From NCBI GenBank assembly GCA_040219255.1, contig JAVJSW010000065.1:58059-122058 (forward strand): a DNA stretch of 64,000 bases, written 5' to 3'. The notes beneath the pieces are model-generated. The model did no database searches and was not told the DNA's origin. It worked only from the letters and a program-made list of their open reading frames with translations. Every line of letters starts with the position of its first letter. Position 1 is the stretch's first letter. This DNA comes from Sumerlaeia bacterium. Lineage in GTDB: Bacteria > Sumerlaeota > Sumerlaeia > SLMS01 > JAHLLQ01. The translations under genes and the position numbers were made by a program. This document shows, piece by piece, positions 1 to 13,100 of this stretch.

Positions 1-1119
1 GAGCACGTTTTCGAAAAGCGCGGCGCTGGCGAAGTTGGCTTCGGCGAGGGTTTCGCCGGATTCGCTGATAATCCGCAGGCCGACCTCGTGGCGCATGGGC
101 GCGAGGAAGTCTTCGATGTCGGCGACCTTCAAGACGGCCGGGCGACCCAGGATCGAGTAGGGCAGGGATTCGGGCAGCGTGTCGATTTTCTCGACCGTCG
201 GGCGGCGGCGTGTCAGGGCTTCCTCGACCGTCAGGCCTTCCTCTTCGAGGAAATTGCGGAATACGGCGGCGGCGCTGTCGGCCTGGGTCAGCAGGTAGTC
301 CTCAGGGACGGCGGAGGCGGAGGCTTCGGCTTCATCGACGGAGAGGAAGCTGAGGGCCTGCTGGACAAAGGCATCGGCGTCGAGGCCGGACAGTTCGAAA
401 GGCGTGGGTACTTCGGCGACTTCTTCCTGGAGGACGAAGCTGGGGTCGAGGTCTGTTCGGATGCCATCGTTGCCGGCGACGAAGCGGGTGCCGCGCAAGG
501 GGCCATATTCCAGATCGCCGCGGAGCCAGACGTGGTCTTCGAGCAAGAGGGTCCAGCGTTGGGTGGCGGTGTTGCCCTCGATGCGATGGGGAACGCCCGC
601 CTGGGTCAGATAGGTCTGGATGGCCTGAGGTGTGTCGGCGCCGATGAAGTCACGGGCCTGACGCGATGTCAGACGCACGTGCCCTCGCACAACCCAAAGG
701 TCCGGTTCGCCCCGGTCCAGGTTTCGCCACGCCGCGCGCAGCAGGGCCGCGAGAAGCAGAGCCTGATCGGTGTCGTTGCCCTTGCGGCGCTGGAGCGTGC
801 CCAGCGCGCCGAAGCGGGCGCCGCGATAGGGTTCGTAGGCGATTTCGTTGCGGACGAATTCGTAGATCAGAACGGGATGGTTCGACAGCCGGCCCGCTTG
901 GGCGACCAGGGGCGGGGTGACGCGCTGGCCGCTGGGAAGCTCTTCCACGCGGCCCCAATTGATTTCGAGGGGCGCGCTGTCCACCATCTGCAAGCCGTTC
1001 TGCGCATAGATGTGGGCGAGCTTGTCGAAGTGCGGAAAATAGACCATCATGAAGGCGGTCAAAAACGCCACCGGCCAAGAGAAGTAACGAAGGGTGCGGG
1101 GATTTCGGAAGAGCTTCAT
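1..1119 (-). CDS. Transglutaminase-like domain protein, 5' part (373 codons; runs off the window), probably exported
   Basis: Not in the ORF track because there is no stop in the window. Hand translation from ATG at 1119 (in-frame TAA at 1126-1128 just upstream): MKLFRNPRTLRYFSWPVAFLTAFMMVYF...IYEFVRNEIAYEPYRGARFGALGTLQRRKGNDTDQALLLAALLRA...EDHVWL...DLDPSF..., open to base 1. This is the transglutaminase-core pattern with a hydrophobic N-terminus. Confidence 0.85.
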   Translation of the reverse strand, partial: MKLFRNPRTLRYFSWPVAFLTAFMMVYFPHFDKLAHIYAQNGLQMVDSAPLEINWGRVEELPSGQRVTPPLVAQAGRLSNHPVLIYEFVRNEIAYEPYRGARFGALGTLQRRKGNDTDQALLLAALLRAAWRNLDRGEPDLWVVRGHVRLTSRQARDFIGADTPQAIQTYLTQAGVPHRIEGNTATQRWTLLLEDHVWLRGDLEYGPLRGTRFVAGNDGIRTDLDPSFVLQEEVAEVPTPFELSGLDADAFVQQALSFLSVDEAEASASAVPEDYLLTQADSAAAVFRNFLEEEGLTVEEALTRRRPTVEKIDTLPESLPYSILGRPAVLKVADIEDFLAPMRHEVGLRIISESGETLAEANFASAALFENVL

Positions 1120-1198
1120 GGGAGGTTATCCGTGGGTCACTCGGGAGAGGGGTCGTTCGGGTCGCGGTCAATGTGGTCTAGGGGTTCTGATAAAGAAA

Positions 1199-4100
1199 TC
1201 AGGGAGTCCGGCCAAAAAGGAGCAGGTCGTCCTGATAGAGCGGTATGTCCGGCGTATCGACCCATTGGCTGGAGATGCCCTCGCGGCTGGGATCGTTGGC
1301 ACCGTCCCAGTTCGCTTTCCAGTCGGCCAATCGAAGCCGCATCTTCAGGTCGCAGACTTCGCCGGCGGGGATTGGCGTCTCCCATCGCAGGTCGACAAAG
1401 GCCAGCGACCCACCGCCATAGCGCTGGAGAGTGGCGGGCAAGACGGTTCCGCACTTGCTCCAGAAAATGTCGACGGTGACCTGAGACGTATCGATACCGG
1501 AAGCGGTCACTTCGCTGGTGTCGATGAAGAAGCGGGCGGTGATGTTCTCCGCCGCCATCGCGCTCTCGTTGTGGACGCGCAGGTGATAGCTGGTTTGCTG
1601 CGCGTTCTCGCCGGTCACTTTCGCGGTCACGCGCAGGGCGTCCTCCGGCAGTTCCGGGGTGGGTGGCGGAGGGACCTGGTGCGGCGTGTTCGACGAAGTT
1701 GTGCCCGGTTGGGTGCCAAAAACCAATTGGCCCTCCACATACACCGGAATGTTCGGGGCTGGCGCGAACGAAGTCGTCAGGTCCTGGAATGCCGGGTCGT
1801 TGGCGCCGTTCCAGGACTGCTGCCAGCCGGACAGACGGGGGCGGAGCTGCAGTTCACACGTCTGGCCCGCGCCGATGTCTTGGTTCCAGTCCACCTGCAC
1901 GTAATAGATGTCGCCGCTCCAGGGCTGCGGCGGGGAGAGGCTGACGCTGCCACATTGGCTCCAGAACACGTCGGTGACGACGTGGCTGGCGGAGAGTCCG
2001 GCGGCGATGACTTCGCTGAGGTCGAAGTAGAGCCGCGCAGAGACGTTCGCATAAGGCGAAGCGCCGGTGTTGCGCAGACGCAGCTTGTACTGCGTTTCCT
2101 GCTTGCTGCCAGTCCAACCCTGAAGTGCCGCCTGCATTTCGAGGGACGCGGAAATCGGCGTCGGCGATGGTGAAGGCGTGGGCGTGTCCGTCGGCGTCGG
2201 GCTTGGAGTCACGGTCGCCGATGGTGTTGGGGTCGGCGTCGGAGTCGCGGTTGGGGTCGGCGTTCCGCCGCCGGGCAGCGGATTGCAGAGGCTGCTGGGG
2301 TGGTGGTTCGACTGACCGTAGCCGGTCAGCGAGGCGCCGACCAGTGTGCCGTAGATCACGCCGTTATCGAAGGCCATGTCGGCGTGAGGAGCGAGGAGGG
2401 CTCCCTGGATGCCGACCCCGTCGAGCGAAACGTGTGTCGCGTCGGGGAAGTTATAGACGATGCGTTCACGGGTGGCCCCGTTGCGGAGGTCGAAACCGAA
2501 TTGGCGCATGCGGGCGTTGGCCGCTCCGCGCACGTTCAGAATCGCCGAGGCCCCGGCGGGGACGTCGATGGCGAGCGTGTTGGCGCTCCACAGATCGTTG
2601 CTCGGCACGTCGAATACGTTGGTGTTCGGGTCCGTACCGGTCAGGACGATCTGGGCCGTGGAACCGCCCCAGTAGTTGATCTCGACCTGGCCGTTGGCGG
2701 GCAGGGCCGCCCAGGCGTCGGAAAGGGCGAGCATTTGGGCCTCGGCGGCGGCGAAATCGAAGGGCGTGGCCTGGCGGACGTCGCCGCCGAAGCTGGTGTT
2801 GCCGGCGATCTGGGCGCTGAGGCCATAGGCCAAGGCGCCGTTGGGCACGGCTCCGTTCGAGAAGGTCAGATGGCCGCCCACGATCAGGTCGTCTCGGGCA
2901 TTGCCTGCGAAGGGCAATCGGTCGCCGACGGAGTAGCTCGACAGCGTGGCATTGCCGCCGATGGCGAAGCGGCCTTCGACGTCGGTGCCGTTCTGCACGA
3001 CATCACCGAAGATCAGCACGTTGAAATCCGTGGCGATGTCGAGCGGGTTCGCTGAGCAGGGGCTGGGCGTCCCCGTGGGTGTAGGTGTGGGTGTCGCCGT
3101 CGGCGTCGGGGTCGAAGTCGCTGTGGGAGTCGGCGTTTCCGTGGGCGTTGGGGTCGGCGTGGGTGTCGGCTCGGTACAGCCTTCGAACTCGTTGGGGCCG
3201 TTGGCTCCGACCCAGAAGGCGTTCTTTGCCTCGATGTTGCGGACGACGAGGGCCCCGCCGTCGAAGCGGCCGGAGCCGTCGAAGTCGAGGTCCGCGCCGG
3301 GGGCGTAGAGCACCATGCTGGCAGTCACCGCGCCCTTGAAGTGGATCAGGGCGCCGTCGCCGACGTAGATCGAGAGGCGGTCGCTGTCGTCCCAAATGCC
3401 GGTGGCATTGAAGGACGAGGCGCCCTTTGTGCTGAGGCCGTCGCGGGCGAAGAGGTGAGCGGTACCTGTGGCTCCGGCGATGTGCACCGAGGCGCTGCTC
3501 TCAAAGGCGAGTTTGCGGAAGGCATAGATGCCGGGTTCGAGCGTCAGGCGGCCGTTCTTCTTCACCGTGACGTCGCGATAGACGCCTGGGGCCAGGGTTG
3601 AGGTGCCCTGGAGCGTGCGATCCGCCGCCGAATCGACCGCGAAGGCTGAGAAGTCGGCGGAGGGCAGATCGAGGGCGGCGATGGCCGGATCGTAGGCGAC
3701 ATTGGTCGCGGTGGTCGAGCCGCGCTGGTCGATCTCGCCGCCAGCGCGAACCAACCCGGCCTGCATCGTGCCGCGAATCAAGGCGTCGCCACGGACCAGA
3801 AGGGTGCCTTCGTACCAGCCATCGAAGCCGTCGTTCAGCACCGTGGACCCGCGCAGATCCACATCGCCGAGAGCGACCACGGCGGCGTCACCGATGAGGC
3901 CGGTGGGCCATTCGCATGGAGCGGGTGTCGGCGTCGGAGTGGGCGTCTCCGTCGGAGTTGGGGTCGGCGTATCAGTCGGGGTTGGCGTAGGAGTGGGTGT
4001 CTCCGTCGGAGTCGGAGTCGGGGTAGGCGTATCCGTCGGCGTAGGCGTCGGGGTTGGCGTGGGAGTAGGCGTCTCCGTCGGGGTTGGCGTCGGGGTCGGA

Positions 4101-7100
4101 GTCGGCGTGTCCGTGGGTGTAGGCGTCGAGGTTGGCGTAGGCGTCTCCGTCGGCGTGGGCGTGGGTGTCTCCGTCGAAGTTGGGGTCGGGGTCGGAGTCG
4201 GAGTCGGTGTGTCCGTCGGCGTAGGCGTCGGGGTAGGCGTTGGCGTATCCGTCGGCGTGGGCGTGGGAGTCGGCGTCTCCGTTGCCGTCGGCGTAGGCGT
4301 CGGAGTAGGAGTCGGCGTAGGCGTCGGAGTAGGGGTCGGCGTGGGAGTCGGCGTGGGGGTCACTTCGAGTACCGTGATCGTCTCCGAGGCGAGCGCCGAC
4401 GGGTTGCCGGCGATGTCGAAGGCCTGGATTTCGATGGTGTGGACGCCGATTTGCAGATCGAGCGGCAGCGTCCAGTCGGCATGGTCGGCTCCGTCGGCGG
4501 TGAGGAGCCATTGCCAGGCGCCGCCGTCGATGCGGGCGAAGACTTCCATCAGGCCTGAGCCCGGCGTGACCTCGTCGGCCGTGCCGGACAGCGTGACCGC
4601 GCCATCGTAGGCCGATGGCTGATCGACAGCTGTGATCGCCACCACAGGTGCCACGGTATCGATAGCGAAGAGGGTCGAGGTGGTCGGGGCGACGTTGCCG
4701 GCGAAATCGCGCCCGTTGACTTCGAGGAAATAAACACCGTCTTCTATAGCATAATCGCCGGAGGAAACCGTGCGTAGCGGGTCGTCGCCGCCCTCGAATT
4801 CTGTGCGGGCGAGGAGGCCTTCGCTCGTGGCGACGTCGTCGTCGGCCGATGTCCAGGTCAGCGCCACCGGTGCCGTGGCGGCATTGAACCAATAGTCGAC
4901 GGCGGCCGGGTGTGTGATGGAAATCAAAGGCGGCGTGCGATCGATAGCAAAGGTGATGGTGCGCGGCCCAGCGGTGTTCTGGGCGTGGTCGGTGGACTGG
5001 ACCTCGAGGGAGTAAATGCCCTCGGGATAGAAGCCCACGGGCACGGCGAAGGGTCCGTCGGCGGTGGCGACTTCGGTCCAGGTGGGGCCGTCTTCGAGGA
5101 CGCGGCGCTCGACCGAGGCCACGCCGGAGAGCGAATCGCTGGTGAAGCCGGTGAAGCCCAGGTCGGTGCTGTTCGTGAGGATATACTCCGGTTTATCGAG
5201 GGTCAGGAACGGAGGTGTGCGGTCGACGAGCACAAACGCCGTGGCGGAGTTCGTGTTTCCGGCCGCATCGGTGGCGGAGAAGATCAGGGATTGGTCGCCC
5301 TCGGGCAGCGGCAGCGAGAGGTCCAGGCTGGCCGGATCGGGACCGTATGGCGTGATGCCCAGCAGCGATTGGAGGCTGCGGCTTTCGACGCCCGAGAGGT
5401 TGTCCGAAGTGGTGGCACGGAAGGCGACTTCGCCCGCGTTGGTGGGGCTGGGGGTCAGGCGCTGGAGCGCCACCGCGGGCGGCGTGCGATCCACGATAAC
5501 GGTGTCGGCGTTCGGGCGGGCGAGGCCGCGGAAGCTGAGTTCCGTGGCGGCGCCATCATAGCCCAGCGCTTCGACGCGCCAGAAACGCCACGTGCCCGAA
5601 GCGTCGAAGGTCCAGGAGCCAATGCCCGGCGCATCGTCAGCGAAGTAGTAGGACACGGGGAAGTAAATGCGGCCATCGAGGGAGCCCTCGACGCGGACTT
5701 CATAGATCAGCGACTGGGCGGTGCTCCAGAGGGCGAGGCTGTCCGCCGTGACAACGTCCGGGAATTCGAGATCGAGGACGAAATCGCGATGCGCCAGGGG
5801 CGTCGTCATATTGCCATCGAAAAGTACAGCGGGATCGGCCAGCTGGCCATTGACCGCCAGCGTGACGGTGGCGGGGCTGTCGCCCGCGAGGAGGTCGATG
5901 ACGGGTTCGGGCGAGACCACCTCGAACCGCGTCCGGGTGCGGGCGTGGACGGTGCGGGGACCATCGCCCAGGTCGTCGGCCAGCATCCAAGGCAGGGCGC
6001 TGTCGTACGGCGTCCAGAGGGCGCTGTACGGATCGGGGCTGGGCGCCGGGCGGGTCTGGCTGGGCACGGTGCCCGGATTGACCTGAATATCGGAGAGTTG
6101 GAGTTCAATCCGCGGATCCACCGTTTCCGCAACCAAGCGCAGGAAGCGGGTGGTGCGATGGGTGGTCAGGGTGCCTTCCAAACGTTCAACACCGGAGAAG
6201 GCCCCTTGCGGAGTCAGGGTCAAGCGTTCGCCCACTTCACGGCCAGCCACATTCGTCTGAATCAGTGTGACCGAAGTGGCGCGGTTGGCGTCGCGGCCGA
6301 GGACCGCGCCAAAGGCGTAGTCCTGGCGGGGGCGCACAGCGATCGGCTGGGGCATTTCCACGGAATAGGCCAACGGCAATTTCGCGAGATAGTTCAACGG
6401 AGCCAGATTCACAAGTGCCAGCGGACGGCTCCCTTCGCGGACCGCCATTTCGTCGGTGCCTACTTCGAGGGGGAACTCGCCAACGGAGGAAACCGCGAGG
6501 GAGGCCTCGAAGCTGTTCACGTAGTTTGGCATCGGCAGCCCAGCAAGCGTGAGGAGATGAAGCTCCTCAGCGGGCAGCAGGTCGGCGGGACCGACGGTGA
6601 AGGGGGCGCTGTCGGCGGCGGAGAGCGCGCGCGCCGTGTTCGTGGCCTGGGCGGCGACGATGTAATCCTGCTCGGGCAGGAAATCGAGGACCCAATTGAC
6701 GGTGGCGCTCTCGCCCGGCAGCAGCGCGGCGAGCGTGGTGACGCTGGCCGGTTCGTAGTGCGTGCCGAGGGCGTCGGTCGCGCTGAGGGAGAGAAGCGTT
6801 CCGGCGGGCAGGGCTTCGCTGGGTGAGCCGTTGGTCACCACGGCGGTGATCTGAACCGGCTGGCCCTGATCGTAATAGCGCCGGTCCGGCTCCACATCGA
6901 CCAATAATTCAATGCGGGGGATAATGGTGAACGGGGCGGACAGAGCGCTCGCACGGGTTTCCGAGGTCGCGTCGTCGATGGCCACGCCAGCGATGCGATA
7001 ATCGCCCGGTGTCAGGCCCGTCGTGTTCCAGGTCAGGTCCACCGGACCGGGGACGTCCTGGGCATACTGGCGATGAGCCAGGGACGGTGCGGGGACTTCG

Positions 7101-10100
7101 GCAACGAAGCCACCCGCCGCGTTTTGAACCACGAGGTCGATGGAGCCGAAGAAGCTGTCGTGGGTGAAAAGTTCCACCTGGAATGCGACATCGCCGCCCG
7201 CAAAGAGTGAACTGGGTTGAGGGGCGGAGAGGAAGAGGTCGGTGCTTGAAGAAGCGAGGTTGATGGCGCGCTGCACCGTGTTGTTGCCGGGGTAGGCATC
7301 CGAAATGTTGGCCACGGCGAAGACCGGCAAGCGACCGAGGGCGTCACCGAGAAGGCCGGCGGTGGGCAGGTCGAGGACGAAGGTGCGGTCTTCGTTGATG
7401 GCCCATCCGCCGGACACAGGGATGCGATGGAAGTACGGAGCGGCTGCCGTCTGCGCCCGGAATTCCAGCCAGAAGCCGGTGTTGTGGGTCGAGAACCGGT
7501 TGCGCAGCGTGACCGTGGTCGGGACTAGGTCGCCCGGGAAGTAGGTTTCCGGCGAGACCTCGAAGGCCGTGACGGCGATGTCGACGGTGGAGCCTTCGAC
7601 AATGGTGACATTGGCCACGGCGATATTGTCGTTTTCGTTCGTTTCGGTCAGGAGACCGGCGGCATCGTTCATCGCACGGTCCGCGCCGAGATTGACCCGG
7701 GCGGCGTCTTGCGGAGCGGCGGGGTAATTGAAATCGCCGGCGAGATGCTGGGCGTTGGCGAAGTAGGTCGAGCCATCGGCGCCGACCCACAGGGCCACGG
7801 CGGATTGCGCGGCGCTGCCGAGGGAAGCGGGCAAGGCGGCCTGGACGGAGAGCACCTGAAGCGTGGGCGTGGTAGCGGTCGGGTCGTCCACCACAGCGAG
7901 TTCGAGATCGATGGTGTCGCCGGGCTGGAAGACGGGGAGTTCGCCTGCGGAGTCGAGCAGCAGGAGCACCGGCCCTGCCCCAGCCGCGAAGGCGGGCATG
8001 CGGATCGTAGTGCCGGACTCGGAGGACCACTCGGCCACCGAAGTGTAGGTCAGCGTATCGGGGCCGTCAGCCACGGCGACGGTGATGCTCCAGGGCTCGG
8101 CGCCAGGGGACGCAAGCTGGGGCGCGATGGCGAAATCGCCAGCCACACCCTGAGCCAAAGCGGGAGTGCGCCCGGCGGTTCCAGCCAGTGATCGAGCCGC
8201 GAGGTGATCGCTCGGGTCGAGTTCGATGTAGAAGGTGTACGGCCCGAGTTTGTCGGCGGTGGGCCAGTAGAAGTCGTGATAGTTGCCTCGATCATCGTAG
8301 ACGAACTTGAACAATTCGTCCACAATAACGCTGCCCGGGTCGCCGGGGAAGCCCTGCCAAAGGCGCAATCTGGTGTCGAATCCGTCAGGCTGGCCGGCGA
8401 AGTTCTGATCGAGACCCCACTCAATGATGATGTTCGCGTCCGGTCCTTGCTCGCGGGTCGATCCCCCGTTCACTCCAAAGCCATCGACGTACAGGTTGGG
8501 CAGCGGCGGCCGGGATTGAGTGACGAGGCGCGAGTTGTTGAAACGGCCCACCGCGGGGTGCTCGTTGAGGGCGTCGTAGGGATCCGCCACCACGGTCAGC
8601 GTGAAGGTGTTCCGGCCATCGACTTCGTATTCGAGCACCACGTCCTGGCGCGCCGGATCGCTCGGCTGCCATTCGACGATGTCTTCGTCATAGATCAGTC
8701 CATTGGCAACGCCCGCTTCGACCTGGCCGGTGACATTGCCTTCGTAGAGCGCCACGGCAGTACGGCTGAAGGCGTAGGCGTTCGCGGCGGCGGAGCGCTC
8801 GATGGTAGCGCGCACCAGCACTCGGCCGTTCTCGTAATCCGGCTCGGGGGTCGCGCTGACGACGATGGCGTCGTGGAAGAGGAATTGGACTTCCTGCTCG
8901 CAATCGAGGAGGTTGTCGTTCTCGCGGAATTCGGCGATGACATTGTTTGGATCCGCGCTCAGGCGGAAGTCGAGCACGGGGTCGGCGAAGCTGAGCGAGG
9001 CAACCGGCACGGCGAAGCGGTAGGGGGTTTCGCCAAGACCGCGCAGGCCGATTTCCTGGACCGGGAGGCTGTCGCGGCGAACCTGGGCGGAGGGAATGTC
9101 GGAGGGGCCGTCGTTGACGAGTTGGGTGACGACTTCGATGGTGTCTTGCTCGCCCCAACGGATGGGAATTCGCTGGTCCGAACCGCACACGAGCGAAAAG
9201 CCGTTAGCGGTGAAGGTGGGGTTCCAGCGCAGGTTCGGGGCATCGGCCGGCAGGGTCTGACTCAACGGCATGAAGGCACGATTGTTCGCCGTGTCTTCCA
9301 CCGTGGAGGTGGTGACATCGAGGACGAGACCCTCGAGGCCCGAGATGCGGTCGTTGGTGAAAAGGACGGAGACGGGTTTGACGGCCTGACCGGGCAGATC
9401 GCCGAGGGCGATCCAGGGACTGACCGGCTGGATGGAGTCGTCGGCCAGAATGCGGGAGAAGCGGGCGAAGACGTTGACAAGGGGCAGGTCGCCACTGTTC
9501 TCGACCACGCCGACAAGACGGGCGGTTTCGCCGATGGCGGGGCGGCCATCAGGGAAGCCGAGGTCACCGCCGGATCCCTGGGCGGCCGGATCGTAGAAGG
9601 AGGGAACGAGGTCCGCCTCGGCGCCGCCGGGGCCTCCGATAAGGCAGATCACATCCAGGAATTCGTCGAAGGCCACTTCCAGGTTGGCGGGATCGGAAGC
9701 GTCGATGTCGAGCATGTACGGATCGCCCGGGGCCTTGCCAACGACGACGACGCCGTATTGGTAATCGTAGATCCGGTCGCTCGGAATGACGCCCGGGTTT
9801 CCGGCGCCAAAGAGGCGCACGGGATTTGTGTCGGCGGGACCGACGGCCTTGTAGTAGGTGCGCAGATTGCGCGTGAAATTGAGGTTGCCGCTCAAGTCGC
9901 GGTAGCGAACGCGCACGTCAGGAACGTAAGTGAGCGCTCCGCCCGGAGGCGGATAGGGTTGGAAGCCTTCGCTGGCGATCCAGGGCAGTTTGGCGGCGTC
10001 GGCGTTGCGGTCAACCAGGAGGAAGACCTCGGCCGGGCGGTCGACGCGGAAACTGGCGACTTGCTGCGTATGCGGATAGTTGACGATTTCGCCGGGTACG

Positions 10101-13100
10101 GTGATTTGCGTACCGCCGACGATGTGGAATGGGACGCCGCGATAGCCACAGCTATCGTAAGGACAACTCGTATAATCGTAGTACAGCCCGTTTCCGTTTA
10201 ATGCACAGTCGTTTCGGAGACCATCCCTCGTAACGTACATGGCTGGGAAGGGTGTATAGCTGACTTGGCTTTGAGCGCCAAAAGCTGAGTAAGGATACAC
10301 GCAGAATGGATAGCTACTGAGCTGGTTCTGGAAATCAACGATTTCCACATCGATGTTACTCGTGAAATGGCTCTCAAGAATGCGCCGGTCTTCCGATCGG
10401 AAGCCCTCACCGTAACTCATGTGCAGGTCGAGGATAAGGGGTTCAAGACCACCGGTGATTGCCTTGAGGTACTTCTTCGTCTCCGCAGCCGCCCGGAACT
10501 CGGTCTCTTCCGTTGTTTGTGCATCTTGAACGATGACGATGATTTTCCGCACGCCTTCGCGTGCCCCCGTGGCGGATGGAGCCGGCGGTGGAGTGAGGTA
10601 CTGATGCGACAGATAGAATGCCAAATCGAGGCGATCATCGCTCCAGGCATTGAGTTCTGCAAGTTCCGCATATGGGAATTCGAGAGGATTCACCAGTTCA
10701 GTGACGAGTTCAGCTTCGTTATCTAGACGATAACGAATTAGACCAACGCGGTGCAGTAAAGGATCGAGAGATTGGACGAAGTTAGCAATAGCAACCTTGG
10801 AGTTATCCATCAAGCTGCCTGGGCCACCGCCCATCGACCCCGAGTTATCGAACAGAATCATGATATCCGCATAGGCGTTGCAATCCGCCAGATCGCGCTC
10901 GGCGAGGTTGTTTGTTTCGATGGTTTCGGCGACCTCATCCTGGAGGTCGACTTCCACCTCGATGCGGTTCACGTTGCCTTCGATGGGGATATAGAAGGCG
11001 GTGTCGCTGGGTACGCCGGTGAAGAATTCGCGGTTGTCGCTCTTGAATTCAAACGTCGCGCCGCCAGCGATGCCGCCGGTGAGGCGTTGGCTGAAGGTTC
11101 CCGCCAGGAATGGCTGATTGGTGGCCAGGTTCACGGCGTACAGGCGGACCTGAGCGTTGAACGGTCCGGAGGGCACGCTCTCGTAGTTGGTGATGTCGGT
11201 GCGGATGCGGATGGGCGTTCCGGGGCTGAGGGCGACAGCACGCTCGGGCGATTCGAGTTCGCTCCAGCCGTTGCCGTTGAATTGATCGACGCGAATGGTG
11301 ATGGGCGAGACGCCGAGGTCCACGCCGGTGGAGAAGATGGCGCGGAAAATTTGACTGGCGGGGCCGGAGACAGGCTCGCCGCCGAAGGTGGCGGAGGGGC
11401 GTACGAAGAAGCGGTTCTCGCCGATGGCCGCGGCGACGCCGGTGGCGCTCCAGGAACCGTCGCTCTGGCGGGTCAATTCGCGCAGGAATTGGCCGTTCTT
11501 GTAGAGAGCAACGCTCTCGGCGCCGGGAGCGGTGGCGGCAATGGCCAGCAATCCCGCCGAACCGTCGGCCAACACGGGCACGAAGGCCCCGTTTTGAATG
11601 GTGGTGGAGCCACGGCTGACGCGTGTGATGGCGGCACGCTCGCCGGATTGGAATGGCGCCGAAATGTCGGCGCTCTCGAGACCGGTCCGGGAGATTGTCG
11701 CCACCCGGTATTCGTAGGCCTGATTGAGCGCAAGCCCTGTTTCCTCAAAGGTGTAAGGAGAGCCTGCGGTGGCGCTGCGGTCGATGAACGCAATGCGTTC
11801 GATTTCACCGCCGCTGAGCCGCACCACGCGGTAGCCGAGGATCTCCGAGAAGGGCAGATCCGCCACCGGATCGGAGACGACTGGGTCGCTCCAGGTCAGG
11901 CTTGCGGAATCCAGGAAGGCGTATGCGTCCACATCGGCGGGGGGCTGGATGCGCCAGAGCCGGTAGGAGCTGGAGTTGTTTTCCTCGTTCGATTCCTCGA
12001 CAGCGAGGTCCGCGTCGAGGAGGAGAACCAGGTTGGCGCCCGCGGGAGCCGGCGGATCGATGACGAGCGAAACTTGGCGGGCCGCTCCGCCCGCCATCGG
12101 CGAGACCGAAACGCGGCCAAGGAGCGCGCCTGTGGCGGAGCCTTCGCGGACCTCGAAGGCGAAGGGGACCGTTACGCCGCGGGGAGGATTGGCGGCGAAA
12201 CCGTTCGTGACTATGGCGCTGACGAGGGTGAAGTCAGCGGTCTGAAGCGCCCGGACGGAGCCGGTCTCGAACGCGAGGTCTGGCGCGGGGCGCGACGGAT
12301 CGTCCTGGATCACGGCGGGCGAGCACGCACGATTGTCGTTCTCGTCACTTTCGATGATGGCCGAGAGCGGGTCGGCCACGGCGCACAGTGTCGAAACGCC
12401 AACGGGCAGCGGAACGTTTTGAATGCGCAGTTCCAGCGTTGTCCGGGCCTCCAGGGACTCCAGCACGTCGCCCCAAAGGATCTCGCCCGATTCGTCCCGG
12501 ACGAGTTGCACTTCCACGTTCGTGAAGGGCTGGGAGGCCTGATTTTCCAGGGTCAGGACGGCTTCCGCGGGAAACGCGGCGGAGTCGCCCTGAAGCGTGC
12601 CGAGGGCCGGAATCAGCTCCAGGCCGAGCATGCGGAGATTCGTCGAGGTCTCACCGGTAAAGGGAGTGATTTCAATATTCAGAGTCATCGAGTCGTTGAA
12701 CGGCGAAGCGTCGGCGTTGCCAGCCAGATCGACGTGGATGACATTGAGGCCTTCGATGAGAGCGAGACCTTCGAATTGAGCCCACCAGACCTGGGTCGGT
12801 TGGAGACGCTTGTTGACCGCCTGGACGCCCAGCTCTCCCCCGCCGTCTTCCGTCAGTGTCAGGAACGGCACATCGCCGAGGCCTGGGTAGGTCACCGTTC
12901 CGGACGTATTCTCGACGCCGATTCGGAGGGTCCACAAGCCGCCGCCTTCGCTGAGCAATTCAAAGCGCTCGGGCGAAAGGGCGAGGTCGTAAGTCGTTTC
13001 AGCGGAGGGATCGAGGACGGCGGCTCCGGCCGAGGCGATGTTGTTCGATTCGTCGCCTTCGGCGATCACATTGTCCGGATCGACCTCAAAGCGCAGCGAC

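Noticed and set aside
88-1479. 463-aa plus-strand ORF
   Set aside because: In-register antisense shadow of the minus-strand transglutaminase-like gene; no motifs.
3702-4610. (VG)n ORF; possible CRISPR or tandem array
   Set aside because: Reverse complement of the PT linker; no constant repeat with unique spacers.
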